Source: Chlamydiia bacterium
Lineage (GTDB): Bacteria; Chlamydiota; Chlamydiia; Chlamydiales; JAAKFQ01
DNA length: 22,667 nucleotides
NCBI GenBank assembly: GCA_041688145.1
Contig: JBDNIV010000007.1
Location: 1-22,667, forward strand
Direction of reading: 5' to 3'
Below are positions 17,425 to 22,667 of this stretch, in pieces. Each line of letters opens with the position of its first letter. The stretch's first letter is position 1. Under the pieces are notes generated by a model, which worked only from the letters and a program-made list of their open reading frames with translations, did no database searches and was not told where the DNA came from. The position numbers were made by a program, and so were the translations under genes.

Positions 17425-17582
17425 GGGTAAAAATCTGCTTTTGTAACCAAAATAAAGGGAGGGCGCGTATTAAGTCTATCAGGATATCCAAGATATTAGG
17501 CAAAAAGGTTTCTAAAAAAAGTCTTTTCTCTTATGTCAAGGATATATCCGGTAATAAATCTATAGACCCTTTAGGATTCAAA

Positions 17583-18746
17583 ATGCCTAACATACAAACA
17601 GATTTGATGTATTTGCATGCGCGCTTGTCAAATTTAGATAGTACTTTAGAAGAAGCCGATGATGAGCTAGCTTTAGCTTTGGTAGATAAAATAGATCGAC
17701 GGATTTCAAATTTGTTAGGAGCCGAAGTTGAAGGCGAAGTGCATGAAGAGATACAAGTGCTTAAGGGGCGCTGGGAGGCTATTAAGGGGAGAATTAAGCC
17801 CAAAGCTCATATAGATACCTGCGAGCTTGTAGGAAATATTGAAAGAATAAGAGCTGCTCTCATCTCCTCTAGTGATCATCTTGAGCAAGATCTTGCAGGT
17901 GCTGATCGCGAGCTTTCGCCAGTAGAAGAGCTTGCCGAAATACAAGCAGCTGCTAGATATAGAAACATTAAATGGAAATCCCCAAAGCTAATAGCAGCTT
18001 TTGAGTATATTCTTACTCAGGCAATTCAGGGAGTATATGGTGAAAGAATACAAAAGCTTTTAGATGAAAGCTCTCCTCTGGTCATCGAGCTGCGTCCTTT
18101 ATTGCGTATGGTAATATTAGAGGTTGTTGATGACATACTCTCTGCCCCTGAATTTATAAGTGAGTTACAAGATCTTGAGCCATTAAAAAAGCTTTTGCCT
18201 GAGTCTGCAGAAGAAAGAGCTGAGTTAAGAGAAGCTATAATATTAGGAGAGCTTTTAGGAGATGACCAAGCCTTGGAACAAGAACTTAATCGCCTAACGG
18301 GATTATACAGCGCTCAAAATCAGAGTCAGTTAGAGGGTGAATTTAAAGATATTGCCCAATTTTTATTTCATGTGATTTTAAGAGGAGAGACGCTTTCAAC
18401 AGACTCTGGCATAGGAATGCCATTATTTAGATCAGAAACTTTTCCAGAAGATGGAGCGCCAGGTGAAGTTAATAGCTGGCTTGAGAGCTTACCTGAAGAA
18501 ATATGGAATCTTGATAAGCTTAAATATCTTGATCTTGGGGGAAATCGACTCACAGATATTCCAAAAGAGATAAAGCAGCTAACCAGTCTTGACGCCCTCA
18601 ATTTGTCACATAATCAAATAGCTGACTTGCCACAAGAAATGCAAGAATTAAGGCGCTTAAATACACTTTATATTGCAAGAAATTCTATGGCAGGCATTCC
18701 GGTAGTATTAGGCGAGATGCCTTGGATCCATTTATCAGATTGGTGA
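17583..18746 (+). CDS. Acidic helical protein with C-terminal leucine-rich repeats (possible secreted effector)
   Basis: ATG17583 follows TAGGA. The longer 17391 start overlaps aspC and reads like intergenic sequence. The C-terminus has 23-aa LRRs (LPEEIWNLDKLKYLDLGGNRLTD / IPKEIKQLTSLDALNLSHNQIAD / LPQEMQELRRLNTLYIARNSMAG). Confidence 0.8.
   Translation: MPNIQTDLMYLHARLSNLDSTLEEADDELALALVDKIDRRISNLLGAEVEGEVHEEIQVLKGRWEAIKGRIKPKAHIDTCELVGNIERIRAALISSSDHLEQDLAGADRELSPVEELAEIQAAARYRNIKWKSPKLIAAFEYILTQAIQGVYGERIQKLLDESSPLVIELRPLLRMVILEVVDDILSAPEFISELQDLEPLKKLLPESAEERAELREAIILGELLGDDQALEQELNRLTGLYSAQNQSQLEGEFKDIAQFLFHVILRGETLSTDSGIGMPLFRSETFPEDGAPGEVNSWLESLPEEIWNLDKLKYLDLGGNRLTDIPKEIKQLTSLDALNLSHNQIADLPQEMQELRRLNTLYIARNSMAGIPVVLGEMPWIHLSDW
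18480..18716 (+). repeat. About 3.5 leucine-rich repeats (69-bp period at protein level)
   Basis: LPxEIxxLxxLxxLxLxxNxL pattern repeated. The DNA copies are diverged. Confidence 0.85.
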
Positions 18747-18841
18747 GATTAAGCACAGAGCAGCAATTTATTTATCTCTAAACTCTTTTTCTTCTCAAAT
18801 AAAAGCCATACCTCTTATAAGGAGGTAGAGGCGCCTTTTTT

Positions 18842-21523
18842 ATGAAAAAGCTTAAAAGCACAAAAGAATTCAAAAGACTTACTAATGAAGAGTTTAGCTA
18901 TGACCACCCTTGCCTTTCTTGGCAAAAATGGGGCCCCTACGTCTCTGAGCGCTCTTGGGGCTCAGTACGTGAGGACTATAGCGAAAATGGTGATGCGTGG
19001 AACTATCTGCCCTTTGACAAAGCGCATACGAAAGCTTACCGGTGGGGAGAAGATGGCATTGCAGGCTTTTGCGATCATAATCAGCTTATTACCCTGACGT
19101 TTGCTTTTTGGAATCATAAAGACCCTATTTTAAAAGAGCGTCTTTTTGGGCTAAGTGCACCTCAAGGGAATCATGGAGAAGACAGCAAAGAAGTCTATTA
19201 CCACTTAGAAGCTGTGCCTACGCATTCTTATATGAAGTACCTCTATAGGTACCCTCAAAAAGAGTTCCCCTATCAAAAGCTTATTGATGAAAATGCAAAA
19301 AGAACCACAAAAGATCGGGAATACGAAATCGTTGATACAGGCATTTTTGATGATGACGCTTATTTCGATATAGTCATTGAGTATGCAAAAGCGAAAGAGG
19401 AAGATATCTATGTACGTGTTGAGATTACCAACTGTGCAAAAAATCCAGCTATTTTAGATGTGATTCCACAGCTTACTTGTCGTAATCGCTGGTCATGGGA
19501 TCCTGGGAAATCTAAAAGACCAACCATCCGTAGCTATAAGCCTGCGGGTGAATATCTCGCAGCTGTTTGTGACTTTACAAAAGCAGATCCTGTGTTTGAC
19601 CCCCCTTTCCACTACAACCATGAAAAGATTTACTTCTATGCAGATGAAGGCGCAGATATTCTTTTTACAGAAAATGATACAGCTGATCCTGAGAATTGGT
19701 ATGAAGTGAAAAATGAGGCACCTAAATATGCTAAAGATGCTTTTAATCGCTACATTGTCAAAGGGGAAAAGTGCTTGCCCAAAGAGCCTAAAGGCACAAA
19801 AATGGGATTGCATTACCGGGATCTAAAGTTTGAGCCAGGTGAAAAAAAACTGATCGAGCTGAGACTTACTTCAAAACAAGATGATGCTTCTCCTCTTTTG
19901 AGCTTAAAAAACACTCTTTCTCAAAGACGTGAAGAGTGTGATGAGTTCTATGAGGCGCTTTATCCTGAAAAAGCGAGTGATGAAGATAAAAAAATTCAAA
20001 GAGCAGCGCTTGCAGGTCTTTTGTGGAATAAGCAGTTTTACCACTACCGCCTGAACAAATGGCTCAAAGGGGAAAACCCTGAGAAGCTTCCTCCAGAAAG
20101 TAGGCAACTTGGCCGTAACCACGCATGGAAGCACCTGTTTCCACGAGATGTAATGATGGTGTGTGATGCTTGGGAATATCCATGGTTTGCTGCTTGGGAC
20201 ATGGCCTTTCATGCTCAGGCTATGGGTATGATCGATATGCAGTTTGCTAAAAACCAAGTGTGGCTGATGCATACAATCAAGTTCCAGCATCCTAACGGGC
20301 AGTTGCCTGGTTGTGAGTGGGACTTTTCTGATATCAACCCACCCCTGCTCCCTTGGGCAGCTTTGCAGCTTTTTTTAAAAGAGCAGCATGATACGGGCAA
20401 GGGAGACCACAGCTTTTTAATGCGGTGCTTCCATAAGTGCCTGCTCCAATTTAGCTGGTGGGTGAACCATGTTGACAGTCAAGGGGAGAACATTTTTGAA
20501 GGTGGCTTTTTAGGTCTTGATAACATCACTCTTTTTGATCGCAGTAGTGAAAAGCACTACGTCGAACAGTCTGATGGCACAGGATGGATGGGCATGCTTT
20601 GCTTAGTGCTTATGCGTATTGCTTTATGTTTAAGTGAAAAAGAATCGAGTTATGAACCTCTCGCTGTTCTTTTTTTCCAGCACTTTGTCTACATCAAAAA
20701 AGCACTTCAAGAGCCTAGAAAAGGTAAAGCCTCTTTATGGAATGAAGAAGACGGTATCTTCTATGATGTAACACGCGATGAAAAAGGGGTCTATCATCAG
20801 CTCAAAGTTCGTTCCATTGTCGGCATTATCCCTCTTTTTGCGAGTTGTTACATAAATAAAGAAGAGATTGATAAGCTGTCTATCTTTAGACGCGGCTTTT
20901 ATTCTTTTTTAGATGACAAAGACAGCATCTGTAAAGAATGTGCACAAGAAGTTCAGAAAGAGGGTAAGTCGTATTTCCTTTTTTCTCTTGTGACTAAACA
21001 GCAGTTTACAAAAGTAATGGAGCATGTCTGGAACCCTGATGAGTTTTTATCTGATTATGGTATTCGCAGCTTATCTAAGTATCATGAGAAAAATCCTTTT
21101 ACCTTTGATGGCAAAACTATTGGTTATGAACCTGGCGAGTCTTTAGAAAGAATTAAAGGGGGCAACTCCAACTGGCGCGGGCCTATATGGATGCCTATCA
21201 ACTACCTCTTATTAAAGTCTCTAAATACGTTTGAATTTCTATTTGGAGATAGCATTAAGGTAACGCCTCCAAATCAGAAACCGACTTCTCTTGGAAAAAT
21301 CAGAGAAGGCTTGCGCTCTCGTCTTTTAGATCTTTTCCGCTTGAAAAAAGGAAGAAGAGCTTACCTGAATTCTGAGTTTGAGCAGACGCATGAAAACTTT
21401 AGAGACAACTTTCTATTTTATGAGCACTTTGATGCTGAGACAGGACGCGGCCTTGGAGCCAATCACCAAACAGGGTGGACAGCTCTTGTTGCTAAGCTTG
21501 TAGAAGATGAGCATGAGTATTAG
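18842..21523 (+). CDS. GH63/MGH1-like glycoside hydrolase (alpha-glucosidase-like, (alpha/alpha)6 barrel; yeast YMR196W-like family)
   Basis: WQKWGPYVSERSWGSVREDYS, AYRWGEDGIAG, DPILKERLFGL...GNHGED, WEYPWFAAWD, FEGGFLGLDNI, GGNSNWRGPIW, FYEHF...GRGLGANHQTGWT. Confidence 0.88.
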   Translation: MKKLKSTKEFKRLTNEEFSYDHPCLSWQKWGPYVSERSWGSVREDYSENGDAWNYLPFDKAHTKAYRWGEDGIAGFCDHNQLITLTFAFWNHKDPILKERLFGLSAPQGNHGEDSKEVYYHLEAVPTHSYMKYLYRYPQKEFPYQKLIDENAKRTTKDREYEIVDTGIFDDDAYFDIVIEYAKAKEEDIYVRVEITNCAKNPAILDVIPQLTCRNRWSWDPGKSKRPTIRSYKPAGEYLAAVCDFTKADPVFDPPFHYNHEKIYFYADEGADILFTENDTADPENWYEVKNEAPKYAKDAFNRYIVKGEKCLPKEPKGTKMGLHYRDLKFEPGEKKLIELRLTSKQDDASPLLSLKNTLSQRREECDEFYEALYPEKASDEDKKIQRAALAGLLWNKQFYHYRLNKWLKGENPEKLPPESRQLGRNHAWKHLFPRDVMMVCDAWEYPWFAAWDMAFHAQAMGMIDMQFAKNQVWLMHTIKFQHPNGQLPGCEWDFSDINPPLLPWAALQLFLKEQHDTGKGDHSFLMRCFHKCLLQFSWWVNHVDSQGENIFEGGFLGLDNITLFDRSSEKHYVEQSDGTGWMGMLCLVLMRIALCLSEKESSYEPLAVLFFQHFVYIKKALQEPRKGKASLWNEEDGIFYDVTRDEKGVYHQLKVRSIVGIIPLFASCYINKEEIDKLSIFRRGFYSFLDDKDSICKECAQEVQKEGKSYFLFSLVTKQQFTKVMEHVWNPDEFLSDYGIRSLSKYHEKNPFTFDGKTIGYEPGESLERIKGGNSNWRGPIWMPINYLLLKSLNTFEFLFGDSIKVTPPNQKPTSLGKIREGLRSRLLDLFRLKKGRRAYLNSEFEQTHENFRDNFLFYEHFDAETGRGLGANHQTGWTALVAKLVEDEHEY

Positions 21524-21529
21524 CAGCTT

Positions 21530-22666
21530 TTATTCAGCTGCAGTTTCTTGTGTAGAAGTCACAAGCTCTATGCCCAGCTTTTCCATCATCACTTCATAGA
21601 CCTTTAATGCCCACGCATCGCTATTTGTCTGCGTTTTTATTCCTGACCACTCAGTTAAGATTTTATTCCCTCTTATCTGTGTAAAGGGATCTGTTGATAA
21701 GACGACTTTAGTTAAAGCATCAAAAGCGTCTGCTACTAGCAAACGTTTTTCACGGCTTAGATTGAATACTGCTTTGAAGGTAATAGCTGCTCTATTCGAT
21801 TCAAGAATTTGCGTATATGCGAGATTAAGATCTATCATCTTAGAGCTTTCGAAGGGTAATAATTCTTCATCAGGCACTATATTAAATTTAATACCAGATG
21901 CTTCTAACGCCTCTAATTGCCTACGCAAGGTTAATTCAAGCTCTTCAACAGTTTGAAGTTGTTGGGTCATTTGTGTACATGCTTGAGCTAATAAGGCACC
22001 AGGGTCTATGCCAAACATTTGAGCAGCCTGGCTTAGCTGATCCTCTGATGGATTTGGAAACAGATTCAATTTTGAATTTGCTAATACCATTTGGATAGCG
22101 AAGCTGTAATATTGAAGATTAGGATTTTGTGCCATGAGAAGCATTTGCTTTTGGGGGTCATGTTGACACTTCTCAAGCATTGGCTTTAAGCGTTCAGAGT
22201 AATCCTTGAAAATGTGGCTGTTCAGAAGAGCTTTTAGGTTGCCCGATATAGTTTCTTGCCTAAGCAAAAAAGCTATCTTAGGTAGAGTTTTTACGATCTC
22301 AGGCTCAAGCAGTACATTACGTACAGTTCTTGGGAAAGTAAGCGCTTGTACTATATCTGCATATGGAAATACTGCTCGGATATCAGATGGAAAGGCATCT
22401 AAAAGGGCATGCCATATTTTAGGCATTTCATAAAGGTAGACCGTGTCACTAGCCGCTTTAGCTTCTGTGCAAGCAGCTCTTTTCGGAGCTTCGTCAGGGC
22501 TTTTTTCTTTAGTGGCTTTTTGGCGCTCAGTTGTAGCTCGGCTAGTTGCTGCTATAGTAGGTGCAAGCTCTTGAAAGCGAGTAATAAAAGCTTGTTTAGC
22601 TTGTTCTATTTCTGCTCCAATTTCTTCAGAGGCGTCTGTTAGTGCTGTTGTAACAAGGGTATTGAT
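21530..22666 (-). CDS. 3' part of a large unknown, largely alpha-helical protein; 5' end lies outside the window
   Basis: The frame of the tracked ORF (ATG22426) stays open to the window edge: INTLVTTALTDASEEIGAEIEQAKQAFITRFQELAPTIAATSRATTERQKATKEKSPDEAPKRAACTEAKAASDTVYLYE-MPKIW... There is no SD before ATG22426, and I recognise no motif. Confidence 0.72.
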   Translation of the reverse strand: MNTLVTTALTDASEEIGAEIEQAKQAFITRFQELAPTIAATSRATTERQKATKEKSPDEAPKRAACTEAKAASDTVYLYEMPKIWHALLDAFPSDIRAVFPYADIVQALTFPRTVRNVLLEPEIVKTLPKIAFLLRQETISGNLKALLNSHIFKDYSERLKPMLEKCQHDPQKQMLLMAQNPNLQYYSFAIQMVLANSKLNLFPNPSEDQLSQAAQMFGIDPGALLAQACTQMTQQLQTVEELELTLRRQLEALEASGIKFNIVPDEELLPFESSKMIDLNLAYTQILESNRAAITFKAVFNLSREKRLLVADAFDALTKVVLSTDPFTQIRGNKILTEWSGIKTQTNSDAWALKVYEVMMEKLGIELVTSTQETAAE

Positions 22667-22667
22667 A

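Noticed and set aside
17391..17582. N-terminal 64 aa of the LRR ORF in the track
   Set aside because: It overlaps the aspC start on the opposite strand and has intergenic-like composition. ATG17583 has an SD-like TAGGA.
238..22642. Short 60-128 aa ORFs in the track that overlap the long genes (e.g. 9052-9240, 10214-10504, 19904-20290, 22409-22642)
   Set aside because: They are antisense or alternate-frame shadows of well-supported genes, with no motifs.
1..22667. CRISPR arrays, tRNA/rRNA genes, IS elements, integrases
   Set aside because: No spaced direct repeats, cloverleafs, terminal inverted repeats or transposase motifs were seen. Intergenic gaps are short and otherwise explained.

Overview
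This window looks like core chromosome of an environmental (non-Chlamydiaceae) member of the Chlamydiae, inferred from protein families and gene order. Left to right it holds: the 3' end of a conserved hypothetical gene; three tandem paralogous beta-barrel outer-membrane proteins of the CT623/CPn0729 ('76-kDa homolog') family; an LplT/YgeD-type MFS transporter with a degenerate acyltransferase-like tail; an intact recC-recB-recD operon; an mreC-like gene; an aspC/tyrB aminotransferase; and an accessory-looking block (LRR protein, GH63/MGH1-like glycoside hydrolase, 3' part of a large helical unknown protein). I saw no rRNA, tRNA, CRISPR array, IS element or phage genes. The most unusual element is the triplicated OMP array. 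Copy 1 has candidate tandem promoters, a structured 5' leader, apparently optimal codons and its own terminator, while copies 2 and 3 differ in predicted surface loops. I cannot show from sequence alone that this is a new system. Family assignments come from recalled motifs, not database searches.
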